Positions 52,533 through 64,000 of a DNA stretch of 64,000 nucleotides are shown here, in pieces. The DNA is taken from positions 434,001 to 498,000 of the forward strand of contig JALMLS010000612.1 in assembly GCA_038496445.1 (NCBI GenBank), in the 5' to 3' direction. The position numbers were made by a program, and so were the translations under genes. Position 1 is the stretch's first letter. Every line of letters starts with the position of its first letter. Source of the DNA: Trichosphaerium sp. ATCC 40318. Its lineage: Eukaryota; Protista; Tubulinea. The notes under the pieces are model-generated. The model was not told where the DNA came from. It ran no database searches and saw only the letters and a list, made by a program, of their open reading frames with translations.

Positions 52533-53005
52533 TCAAGCTACCAATTCCTCATCTGTAACTGGTGCTGCTGGGTCTTCAATGCCAATGTTTGCCTGCATTG
52601 AGAAATCGAGTGGTGGCGCACCATAGAGACGCGTTGCACGCGCTGCCCATTGTTCAAGGAAGATTAGATCATAACGCCTTTTAAATCGGGTTAATTAGCG
52701 TAATTGATGATAAATACGCACTGTCTGTATGAAAAGGATATGTCTATGCACCTAAGAGGGTATGAGTTTACATTACACTTAAAATTGAGTTTAAACTCAC
52801 TTGCGTAAGCAGTGGTCTTCTCTTTGATCTATAAGCCGTGTGGTGAAGTTTGTTGTACAAGCGTCGAAACAGGTGCGTATTGAGTCTTGTATCATTTTTG
52901 ACACTCTGTCCATTTGTTGTAGCTGTTGAAGCTCTAATAGCTCCTGGTCGTCAAAGTCTACAAAATGTTTAGTACAAGGTTAACGAGATCTGTTTACTTA
53001 CCCAT
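52533..53005 (-). CDS. Small Tim (Tim9/Tim10-family) twin-CX3C protein with C-terminal extension
   Basis: IRTCFDACTTNF..EDHCLRKCID. Confidence 0.75.
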
Positions 53006-53098
53006 GGTGTAATTTGAGTATTGCTTTCAGCCTTAGAATTTCTTTTGACGGCTTAACAAGTCACAATTAAAGAGGTATGCGAAAGTGGCTGTACCGCT

Positions 53099-53919
53099 AT
53101 GTTTCCTCGGTTACACACGCATTCACGCTATGTCAGTTGTAATAGGAAGCTGCATACCAAAAATCAGTTTAAACGGACACGTTGCTCATCTGAACAACCT
53201 AAAGAAACATACGCAGCGAGAAAAAGGCGTCAAATCAGCGAAGAGGATGTAATGCGTTTAAAAGCTTCCGGTACGCTTCCATAGTGCAAAACGCGCTCTC
53301 ATACGCTTTCAAGACCTCTCTCAGGGTGTTAGAAGCAATATTAAAATAATAAACCCAGAGATGCCAAAAGAGTTCTCATCTTGTGGCGCCTTATTCACTA
53401 ACAACTCTGAGATTAACATGGTGTGCAAAGTATCAAGTAAATACGTATGTCAACCAAGTTTAGGTTCGAAAGAGTGCTCTCCCAGAGATCGAAGTAGCAC
53501 AAATGACAGGTAACTACCGTAACCATTTTTTGAAGATTTGGATCGATGATCAGTACGTATACAACCACGTTCAAAACGCGTACGTTATTAACACTTTACA
53601 TAGGGAATTTGTTTTGAGTGAAAGCTGCGTATTTAACGTTGCTTTCCAGCGAATGGCATTTACCGTGGCGGCCTGGGTACTATCTGATATTCCTGTAACG
53701 GGTAAAAGTCCTTTTTGTGAAGAAGCAGAACCAGTAGATGTCATAATTGGAAAAGACTCAATTGAGAGCACTGGTATTATACTCGGAGACCAAACAGTCG
53801 GATTTGATAACAACAACTTTTACTCACCTCCTGTCGGCCCAAGAGGAGATGAAACACAGAAAAAAAGACGTAGGAGAGGTGTAATACCAAATGTCAATAA
53901 TGCCTACGACAACAAATGA
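53099..53919 (+). CDS. Putative mitochondrial protein with degenerate retropepsin-like fold
   Basis: Presequence-like MFPRLHTHSRYVSCNRKLHT; CGALFTNNSEINMV where ALxDSGA.xN is expected; DVIIGKD. Confidence 0.45.
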
Positions 53920-54042
53920 GTTGATCAATAAAACCTTGTTTATAGCTAACACAGTCGCTGCAGTGCTTTACCATATGCAGGCTAGTCCTGCTGGACAGTA
54001 GTGTGCCGTTATGAATTGCGAGTTTCTACGCGAAGAAGGGCT

Positions 54043-55971
54043 TTATTGATGTGCACCAACTGGATACTCGCCTTGGTACTTTTTAATATGCTCCTGTAAT
54101 TCCTCGCTTTGCGCTTTCAAATGTTGTGGTAAGTCCTTGTATACATCTGTGAACAGCTTGTTCAAAGATGGCTTCTTTTTACTTTCGGCAATTGCAACTG
54201 CCTCAAGTAGTTCCTTTGTAACATCTTTTTCAAGTGCCTTAAAGTAAAATCAATAAGCGAGCATTTTTGTTGATGATAAACAAATCTTACTTTTTCCTTT
54301 GCTTCATCCCACAATCCTTCGTTATGAAGGTACATTCTAAAGCGAGTGACAGGATTCAAAGCCGTGTCTCTCCACTTTTCTACTTCAGAGTCTTCTCTGT
54401 AGCGAGAACTGTCATCTGACGTTGAGTGATGGCTAACTCGGTACGTCATGGCTTCAATAAGCACCGGTTTGCCTTCTTCTACGCAAATACGGCGTGCTTC
54501 CTAAAAGTCAAGTAAGACAACATCAAAAGCTCAAATATACCTTTGTAGCGTTGTATAGTGCGAATACATCATTACCATCCACGCGTATTGTGTGCATGCC
54601 GTAGGCTAGTCCGCGACCAGCAATGCCATCACCTGGAGCAAATATTTAGCAGTGGAAGAGGTCACTATTAAATACCTCTATACTGTTCTTCAGCAGGTGT
54701 TGAGATGGCGTATTTATTGTTTCTGCAAAAGAATATTGTTGGTGAACCAAGGGTAGAAGCAAAGTTCATAGAGGAATGAAAATCACCCTCTGACGCAGCA
54801 CCCTACTAACAAGTCAACAATCTTTCACTACTGGTATGCGTTTATTGCCAAAAAAAAATAATAAGACTGCTACTTACCTCACCAAAGTACACAATTGAAC
54901 AAGTCTTTAGTCCTTTTTGCTTTTGGCCATATGCATGACCTACAGCCTTCGAAAAATAAGCAAATTTTACGTCATAGGCAAGAAGAAGTCTCCACTTACG
55001 TGAGGAATTTGCGTGCCCAAAGGACTGGAAATAGTTTGATAGTTTAGCTCTTTTGATCCGTAGTGTATTGGCATTTGTCGTCCCTAAATACATTCAACGT
55101 GGTTCATTTTATTGGCAAAAGAATGACGCACGTAACCATGACCATCCTTGTTAGACCAACATTGATCACAAAATTGTTGTAAAGTAAAACCTCTCCATAA
55201 CAACACGCCTTGTTCTCTATTTCGGTGCAATTAGCTAACACTCTATAATCTGCAACGAACCTGTACTGTCCGAAGACCATATCAGCAGCGTCTAGTGCTG
55301 CTGCAGAACTAAAGCAAGTGAGTGACACGAGTGACGCAAATATTAAAGTTACCCAAAATGTGTGGCTTCTTCGCCTTTAGCGTGCATGTAAAAGCTAATA
55401 CGTCCTTGACGTTGAATTTCATACAATTTGTCATCCATGATTTGAAGCGTCTTCATTTGACGATATATTTTTAGCTTGACTGCGTCAGAGAACTAATAAC
55501 GAAGTTAGAAGTTTAACGTTGAAATGGCTTTTTTGATTTGGAAAGTTTTGTACCCCAGGTAATTCGGCCGGGTTTGATATTGTACCGTCGTGGCGCAATA
55601 GGCTGTATGTTGGTATTGGTTCAGATAGTGCGCCTTCACCAGGAACTTGTACAGTTTCATTTAGCGAAAACTTAGATTTAGAGCGAGATTCCCAGACTGG
55701 TTCGCTGTAATAGCGCTTTTGAACAGAAAAAAGCCTAGAGTTGGTATTACGACGTTTAGCATGCGTAAGCGTACGCTTTGGTATGAGTGTAGCGAGTAAT
55801 AGCGCTTTGTGACGAACTGTTCAAACAATTGGCCGATAAAGCGCTATAGTCTTTTTTTAACACTATTGTACGTCCTGTCGAAACAGCAACTCTGTTTTTA
55901 CACGTAGCACGCAGTGTGCGTGCCAAAGAACTGCTAGCACTTGTGGTAGCGGTGTAAGCCTTTACAAACAT
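54043..55971 (-). CDS. BCKDHA: Branched-chain 2-oxoacid dehydrogenase E1 alpha subunit
   Basis: Presequence; [61 protein letters not shown]. Confidence 0.95.
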
Positions 55972-56506
55972 CGTTTGACGTTACTTGATCAGCACTAATC
56001 TGGAACAGCCCTTCCATTGACTTAACAATATATAGAGTGCCTTAGCAGTGACAGGTGTCATGCTGAAACGCGTTGTTACTGTCTCATACACCTATTGGTG
56101 GTCAAATATAGTTCGTTTATATGTTTTCAAGTGCTTTTGTCCGAGTTAGTAATATTTTATGGGTCATCTTTACGCGCTTACAAACAGCTGTACGGAGCAC
56201 TGGGCGCATGAGAAAGAACTTTTTTGTGCAGTATTAAATATGTTGACCACATACAACCACCAACCGTTTCCACGATCACTACAATCAATTACAAACAACA
56301 TATAAAAAAGCAACTTTTATCAATCTTAAAAAAACCAGCGTGCACTTGTTGTCGCCTTGAGTCATAAACATTTTTACAAAACGTACCCAAAACAACGCAA
56401 CACATGTTATTCGACATAGCCAAATTGTTTTATCAGCAATTCACTCGCACTATTGCTCGCTTCGTGAGCCTTTTTTCCTCTTCTACTCGTACGTTATTAT
56501 CACACG

Positions 56507-57974
56507 ATGGCGCCTCGTTTAACTACTACCACAGCCGAATGCAAAAAAAAGCCGCATGCTTATTCTCCAGCCCTGAGTTACGAACGTTCGTTTCGCAACA
56601 GAGAAGACGTGCTACCACCTATGTCACCCATTTTCTGCAAAGCCTACACCAAACGAGAGTTTGGAGGGTACACAGAAAACGGCAAAGTAGTGGCGGCAAC
56701 CTATGACATCGAAGCTCCTCGACCAACACAAGACCAACAAACTACAACAGAGGTAAAACCGGTTGAAATCGTCGATGTAGAGATGGAGGACTATTACAGT
56801 GATTCCGATTCTGAAGCATCAAATGAACTTGTTGGTGTAGAGATAGATGACTATGAATCTGATTACGAAGAGGAAACTTCGGAACGCGACGAAGATGAAG
56901 AGTACGACGCTGACCTTTTTTTTCTTCTAAAAATCTATTATCATATTCTAACCGCTTTTTTTTTTCAAAAGGTTTGACTTGCGACACCAAAGATTGGTTC
57001 TTCATCGTTATAAACTGTGGGTAGCCGTAGATAAGATAATACAAGACCTACATTTCCGAATGCCTTACTCTATGGTGCCTTTTGATGAAGACTTTGAAGA
57101 ATATCGCGAAATTTTGTTGTGTTCTGCTCTAAAGTCAACAGAGGATTTTCTAGACTCAAAACTCATTCGTCTACATGCCCTTAATATAATTATGCGAACC
57201 AACGTTAAATCTGCCCCAGAATTTTCGGATTTCTTTACAATTGTAGCCTACTCTATTCTAAAACTAGTACGTAGAATATTTTATGATTTTTTTTTGATTT
57301 AACGATTACCAAAGGAACGCGACCGGATTCGAAGTTTGGCCACTTTGGTTGAGAATTTAGAATCCAAAAGAGAGGTTGCAACTAGCCTAGATCGTACCAG
57401 TTCTCAAGAAGAGGTACGCCTATTACCTTTCCCGCCAAAAAATAAATTAATCAAAAAAACAGTCCCAAGTCAAAAACAATCCAAAAAGTGTTACTTGGGC
57501 TCGTGATACCGTGTTCCACACGAGAGCATGAGAAACTGGACATAGTCGTTTCTCCAAAGGAGATTTAAGGTAATTGTGTAGCACTACTATTGTTAACTGT
57601 CTAATCTTGCTTTAGAACTACTAAAAAACAGTAATTCACGAGCAACGTTGCTCACGGTGGCTACGCGTTCGAGCGAAGCGCACCATACGGCGTACTGAAG
57701 AATCATCACAGGTACAATTTTTGAAAAATATTTTGTTTTCACAAAAATTATCACGTGATTTTTTACCGCGTTTTATCAACTTTATTCTGAATATTTTTTT
57801 AGATCCTTGTGGTATTCTTTCAGATTCCCTACCTCAATATCAGCATCAGAACTCGAGTATGACAAACAGACGACTCACTGCACGATGTTACGGTTATTGA
57901 TCGTCCTTACAAAAAACGCGGGATCGAACAAGATTTCAAGGATAGGCTCACTTGACATGGGTGGTTGTAGATGA
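56507..57974 (+). CDS. Protein of unknown function with acidic tract; 3' end approximate
   Basis: Consecutive + strand exons (56507-~56900, 56972-~57267 and later) bounded by splice-site-like sequences. Confidence 0.5.
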
Positions 57975-58420
57975 CGTATGTTTTTATATGCCGCATAGAT
58001 TCTGACTGTCTTTTTTAGCTTTGATTAGGACTGGCAGTACTTTGTGCTTAGGAGCGGTTTTTCTCTTTCTATTTATTTTTCCTTTTTTTTTTTTCCTTTT
58101 TTTTTTCATTTTTTCTTTGTTTCTTTTTTAATTTTGATGTGCTGTTTTTGTTCGGTGTTCCTTCCTCTCTATTGTGCATTGTTGTTGATTAGAATCTAGT
58201 GATGTATATAACCAGTGTACAAAGGGCAGCATGCTGTTCTCAACATTCAGGCGCCTGTTTGAAAAGTTACTCATACTATTTCCCTTACTGTTATTTTTGG
58301 CTGGCCACCAAATTACATCCTCTATGATTCTTTTTTCCTTTCGTGTATCCAAGCAAAAGAGCCAAGGTATCCGACAAAGGATAGTCTGCACAAATTTATT
58401 TTTCATTTATTTTATACAAA

Positions 58421-59515
58421 TTACAACCCCTCTCCCTCCTTTGTACAAGTACTCTAACCATAGGTGTTTTTACACCTCCCTTTTATACTGTTATCTCGAA
58501 TTTATGAACGAAATACCTCTTGTTGGTGATAATTTTTCTGTGAAAGTCCAAAGAACTTGCAATTGTTATTGTACAAGTTTGTAAGGAGTAAGACTCCTTG
58601 GTTTTGGTGTGGTACAGTTTAATTCCTTGCTCGTGCGTAACGACCATCTATAGGTTTTGCCAATGAATCATTAATTTTAAGTACACATCCATCTTGCATC
58701 ATCCGTACTATTTAACAAAATTTTTGTCAGCATCTCTTTTTATTTTTTTTTCGATAATAAAACGTACTTGTAATTCTAGCAATGTTGCGTGCATCATCAA
58801 TTCCTGTTAAAATAAAGGCTTAGCACTTATGTGCAATACTTTAAATAACGTACCTGAGTGTGGATTGCCTTCAAAAGTCATGCCAAGCTCGCCAAGCATA
58901 CGAGTGATATTTCTTCTATTTTTTGCATAAAAGTCTCCCCACAACCATCTCATGTTAACCCACTTATTGCAATAATGCGGTGTTTTAATTTTCTTCACTG
59001 TACACTCTCCTGATAAGAAGTCTCTGAGATCCCAAGGCCTATCCGTTGTTATAATCACAATATTAGTTTCTATTACGTACCCATCTGTTACAAACGCCCA
59101 AGAACCTGTGTAGATGAAATTTAGTCAACAAGACGAGTAAATATGACGTTACCCTTTATGTTTTCCCTCTGCCACGCGTCGAAGCGGCTCAGGGCTTCTT
59201 GCAATGATACTCCACCGTCAACTTGTTCCTATTCAGCAAAGAATTTAGCGACAGGTGTAAAACAAACAATTGTTGGTCTACCTGCGTTATACCGGTTAAT
59301 TTCTTGCAGAAATCGGTGAGCGTTGGGTTAATTGTTGGTTTTAAATATAATTGAAATGTTTTTTCGATAGTGAGCGTAGATGCGTTAACTAATACTACTG
59401 GAAACTCTATTATCTCATTATTGTAGTTTCTATTGTTTTTTTCACAGGTAGCCTCAAAATCTAGTACGCAAAAGTAATCGAACTTCTGCGCTACTTTTCT
59501 TTTTGTAGTTGCCAT
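58421..59515 (-). CDS. ERI1-family DEDDh 3'-5' exoribonuclease; 3' end approximate
   Basis: VLDFEATC..EIIEFPVV..LTDFCKKLTGITQ..TDGPWDL..FEGNPHSGIDDARNIAR. Confidence 0.92.
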
Positions 59516-59718
59516 TCTCGTACACTTGTGTTTTTAATCGGTTTTTCTTTCTTTTTTTTATGTGAAACTATCTGTACACGTCACACTTGCCGCGAAACGG
59601 ATGAAAATCTTAGTTGAATCAACGTGCTCATAACAGCGGTTAATAGCGTTTGTTTAATGAGTACTGAGTGCCTTAATACATCACGTGACCAGAACGCCTT
59701 AAAAAGTGTTGTAGTATC

Positions 59719-60672
59719 ATGTCAGATGGAGAAGATGAGTTGAATTTAGATCTAATAGTACATTTACGACAGTTTCATCAAGATTTAAGACTTTTAAGGT
59801 GAAAGAGCGCTGTATTGGACAATTTTCCTTTAAAATCAAAGAACGCAAGCCAAGTAACATCCTTGAAGCGATAGATAGAACAAAAGGTAGTGACACAACT
59901 GGATGTATTGTACGTGGTTTATTCCCTTTCTATTATGCCAAATACGCGATATTGCATGCTTTTATAACGCATACAGTAGGTTTGGCCTTGTGCAATTTAT
60001 TTCTGTAAGCACATCTTGAAAAATAAGTCGCTATTCGCTGGGAAGCGAGTTATAGAGTTAGGCGCAGGGACAGGTAGACCCGCCCTTTTGTTTCTACTTT
60101 AATATCCGCTAAGGCATATCTGGACTTGTAACATCGCGCCTATGCGCTTCAATGACATTAACAGACGGTAATGACGCTGTTTTGAGCATTCTAGAAGAAA
60201 ACGTTAACAACAATAAAGGTGCAGCTTCGTTTTTCTTTGAAGGCTGACAGTTAGTCTCCAGTACCGTCTTGTGACATGACAAGTTGTAAGCTATTGTGGG
60301 GAAGTGATGTTGGATCATTGGCAGGCTCTTTCGATGTAGTTATAGGATCTTCTTTAACGTACAAACACAAAATGTTTCCATTGTTATTCAACACTGCAAA
60401 ATATCTATTGAAAGACTCTGAAGATTCATTCTTTTTGGTACTGTTATTGACCTAACTTGTCACATTATTTTCTAATGTTACACAATTAGACAGCTTTTGA
60501 GGAACATAAAGATGAGTTATCAAAAGTCTTCGATGGAGTTGCAAGAGATTGTGGTTTGAAATGTTCAAATACTGAGCACGTTGAAATGACTTCTGATGTT
60601 CTTATTCAACATGATGTCATCGACTATGGAGATAAAGTGACGATTAAAGAGTATAGAGTCATTAAAGCATAA
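59719..60672 (+). CDS. METTL21/Methyltransf_16-family protein lysine methyltransferase
   Basis: Spliced TTGCIVWPCAIYF..FAGKRVIELGAGTGISGL..LTDGN..LEENV..LLWG..FDVVIGSSLTY; most exons are absent from the ORF track. Confidence 0.85.
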
Positions 60673-60789
60673 TTGAAACCACGAAGGGTTCTAAACTTGT
60701 AATAAACTACCACAAAATAATTGCTTTACCAGCAGATGTTTATTCTTAGTTTTTTCATATTTTTTGAATTGCCAGCATCAATCCAAAAT

Positions 60790-61050
60790 GTATTTATTCA
60801 AAATTTACATAGTTGAAATATTCACCGTATTTTGTCTGGTGTTCATACAATTGATCTAAGCTATTGTCAGTATGTTACAGATGAAGGTATTACTGCTTTA
60901 GCTGGTGTTATGCGATTAATTTAGACTGCAGAGATTACGAATAAGGGTGAAATCAAAGAAAGGTGTGAAAATCTATCTCTGGTGGCAACTGGCGTTACAG
61001 ATAATATATACAAACCCAGTAAGTGTAGTAGATTTTCACCAACGGCTTAA
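60790..61050 (+). pseudogene. Decayed fragment of the GVHTI-type LRR family
   Basis: ILSGVHTIDLSYCQYVTDEGITALAGV flanked by in-frame stops (TGA upstream, TAG downstream), then AEITNKG..LSLVATGVTD. Confidence 0.6.
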
Positions 61051-61515
61051 TACCAAGATCTGTCATAAAAGTTAACAGGATGTTGTATAGCATGAGCATC
61101 TGAAATACCCTTCAACAATCTGAGAGAATTGTTTTGATATCGCTCCAAAAGATTGCATAGTTACCCCAGCAATATATATTGTAGAATATGAACAGTGACT
61201 TCCAAAGAATCTCATCAAAGAATGTGATATCCATTCATTTTTACTCCTCTAATCATCGTGACAACTTACTTTAATCGAGGTTGCAATGTAAGATTTCACG
61301 GCATTTGTTTTCAAATCACTGTGGAGTTGACCTGAAATAACGCTATTTCAATGTAACGTTAACCTACTTTTTCATGAAGCTCTATGTCCTGTCGTTTCTT
61401 TTTGGAACATCATTTTCGCTGTATTACTTCTGCGTAATCAATTAGTAACGCCTATGTGAAGATAGACGTCGTCAAACATAGTCCCATTTTGAGCATTCAC
61501 AAAGTTCGATTTAAT

Positions 61516-62321
61516 ATGCACATCACCTTTGTTGTTGTTTGTTTCGCTCTGTTTATAGCAATACTGAATGCTACTGTAAGTGTAGCGTGTATAGGTGATT
61601 CCATAACGCATGGTGCATGCTCTGATGGCAAAACTTATCCAATACAGCTTCAAGGCATGTTAGGCGACGGCTACACAGTAACAAACTACGGTACTCCTTC
61701 TAAAAACCTTACTCATAACTAAAACATCAAAATAAAGGAGTTGGCGGTACAACAATGCTTAAAAAGGGAAACCTCCCTTATTGGAACACGAAACAATACA
61801 CAGATAGTATTAATTCGAACGCTGATATTGTTATTATAATGTTTGGCACCAACGACGCAAAATTCTTTAACTGGGGTCCTTATAGTGATGAGTTTCCAGG
61901 AGACTACGCGGATATGATAGAGAGTTACGCTAAAATGTCTTCTTCACCAAAGGCACGCAATATCACGTGATTTTCTCTCGAAAGTTCCAACGAATTTTTT
62001 GGGTTTTTTTTAATGACGCTATAGGTTTTTATGATGACGCCACCACCTCTGTATCCACCAGATCCATACTCCATGAATAAGACCGTGATAAATGATATTT
62101 TCCCAACACTCATGCCAAGCATCGCTCGCGCTAATGGCCTACCAATACCTATCGACATATTCAATGCTTTAGGTACACAACTTTAGAATGTTTGACCTAA
62201 ATTGTTTTCAGGTGGTGTAAATCTGAGTCAACCTGGGATAACATGTGATGGGTGTCACCCTACGTTAAAGGGATATACCGAAATGACGAAGACAATATTT
62301 GAGTACATACAAAAGCATTAG
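61516..62321 (+). CDS. Secreted SGNH/GDSL hydrolase
   Basis: Signal peptide; CIGDSIT, NYGVGG, MFGTND, DGCHP. Confidence 0.92.
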
Positions 62322-62650
62322 CTACAGTAAACAGCACTGTAATCTAACAAAGCTTCTTTTGTTAAACTTAAATACATTTTGCTCTTGCTCAACCAATAAT
62401 ACTAAACCTATGAATACTACAATTACACTAGTGAAACTAAATGTCTTCAAATCACTGTACTTAACGTAAAGTGAGAAACTATCAATATTCCACCTGCATA
62501 CTGACTGCATTTTGGTCTATATTTTTGTAGTGCTAACACGTCTATCCTTCAAGTAACAACTAACAATAATTATACGCCAAAGTTCGGGTGTGACAACAAC
62601 TTCAGTGTCTTTACCACGAAGATAGATACACGTTCTTGACAGCACGTGCA

Positions 62651-62714
62651 GGAGTCATTAGCTTGCGCTCGCTCCGCTCGCTTGAAAAAAAAAAAAAAGG
62701 AGTCATTAGCTTGC
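62651..62714 (+). mobile_element. Minimal retroposed insertion: 18 nt + A14 flanked by a 16-bp direct repeat
   Basis: GGAGTCATTAGCTTGC (62651-62666) / GCTCGCTCCGCTCGCTTG + A14 / GGAGTCATTAGCTTGC (62699-62714). Confidence 0.7.
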
Positions 62715-62772
62715 AGTTACGAAAAGTCAACACTTTCCTTATTTGTGCAAAAAAAAAGTACTCACATTTGCG

Positions 62773-63765
62773 ATGGACACTTTTGATGAATCCCTATTAG
62801 ATGGGGATCGTAGAAATAAGAAACGTGGCGGCATGCATTGGATGGTTCAGACTCTCATTGTCGTATTATTAGTTGTACTCGTTGCTCTAATAGCCGCGGA
62901 CGTTTATTTTACGTACAAAAACCATCAAAACGTGCGTAGTATTGGTTTTACAATCAATAAAGCTAAAATAAGCGGTAGCTCCATAAAACCGACACTAACA
63001 CCGATAAACCGTACCTAGTTAACTTGGGTATTATGGGACCAAGAGTACAAGGATATAGAGTGTACTCACAATGCTACAATTTATTTATTTAACCTGTGAA
63101 TAGCTCTGGGCAATTTAGCAACGATTTAGATGCACTAACGGAAAAATGGTGGTCATATTTAAACAACCGCAAAGTAGGACCAAACGATACCATCATTTCA
63201 GACATAGACGATACAGTTCTATCAACGTACAAAGAGTGAGTATACATTAAAAATTTTGACATCTTGATACTGCACGTAGGCTACTTACAACAAAATGGTT
63301 TTGTTATATCCCAGCAAAAGACGTTGCATACATTGAAGCCGCAAAGGCACCTGCAATACCACAAACTAAGCAACTTGTGTCAAATATTGTAGATAAAGGC
63401 TACACGCTCATATTTCTAACAGGCAACAACACACGCACAGCCCACTTCTCACTGCAATGTAGGTCGCCCTGAAAAGTTTAAGAATGCAACATTTGTAAAT
63501 CTCGAAAGAGAAGGCATAAAAGGCTTTTCAAAGATCATTTTCCGTACTCCCGCGCAAGAAAGCCTTTCAGCGATGGCATATAAAGTAAGTCTACAATGAA
63601 TTCCATGATAACTTTAACATCAAAACATAGTCACAGACGCGTGAAGAGCTTCAAAAGAGCGGTTATAACATTATTGGCAGCATGGGCGACCAAATGAGCG
63701 ATATAGTGGGTGGTAATGCCCCATACCAAATGAAAGTACCAAACTACATGTACCTCATACCTTGA
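62773..63765 (+). CDS. HAD class IIIB acid phosphatase, type II membrane anchored
   Basis: DESLL sorting-like motif, TM helix, ISDIDDTVLS, FLTGR, MGDQMSDI, KVPNYMY. Confidence 0.9.
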
Positions 63766-64000
63766 TTGCACAAAACTTGTAGAGCGAAAGAAGTAGATCA
63801 AATACAAGAAAAAATTTCAAAAAACAATTAATAAAACTAACCTTCATCTTGTACGCCTCTAGTATTGTCAGACACTGGGCGCAACCTACTATCCATTTCT
63901 TGGCTCTAAGTCATACAAGCTAATTTATTTCTGTTTCGCGTCTACGCAAGCCACAAAGCCCATAGGGCGAATAATAATACAATGAAAAAGCTTGGTACTC

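Noticed and set aside
58040-58130. Long T-rich tract
   Set aside because: Simple low-complexity sequence between convergent genes; no TSD or structure seen.

Overview
AT-rich, gene-dense eukaryotic nuclear DNA from a protist, probably an amoebozoan (inferred from VASP, an actobindin-like gene and a filactin-like Ist1-actin fusion). About 32 genes are interrupted by many short (~40-110 nt) spliceosomal introns, so the supplied ORF track is fragmentary; all gene models here were spliced by hand. No RNA genes, CRISPR arrays or intact mobile elements were recognised. Two systems stand out. (1) Five paralogs of a Trp-rich ~70-aa tandem-repeat protein family, at least three with mitochondrial-presequence-like N-termini. 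Two end in an intact PD-(D/E)XK (DUF559/Vsr/RAP-like) nuclease motif and two are repeat-only. One carries a degenerate nuclease fused in frame to an ATP-dependent DNA-ligase fold whose adenylated Lys reads as Gln. (2) A single spliced gene fusing an Ist1 (ESCRT-III-like) domain, five RNase II/R-type cold-shock OB domains and a complete actin fold. Also notable: frequent GC-AG introns plus one probable GA-AG intron, strong CACGTG over-representation, intron-poor LRR genes, and a tiny poly(A)-tailed insertion with a 16-bp target-site duplication.
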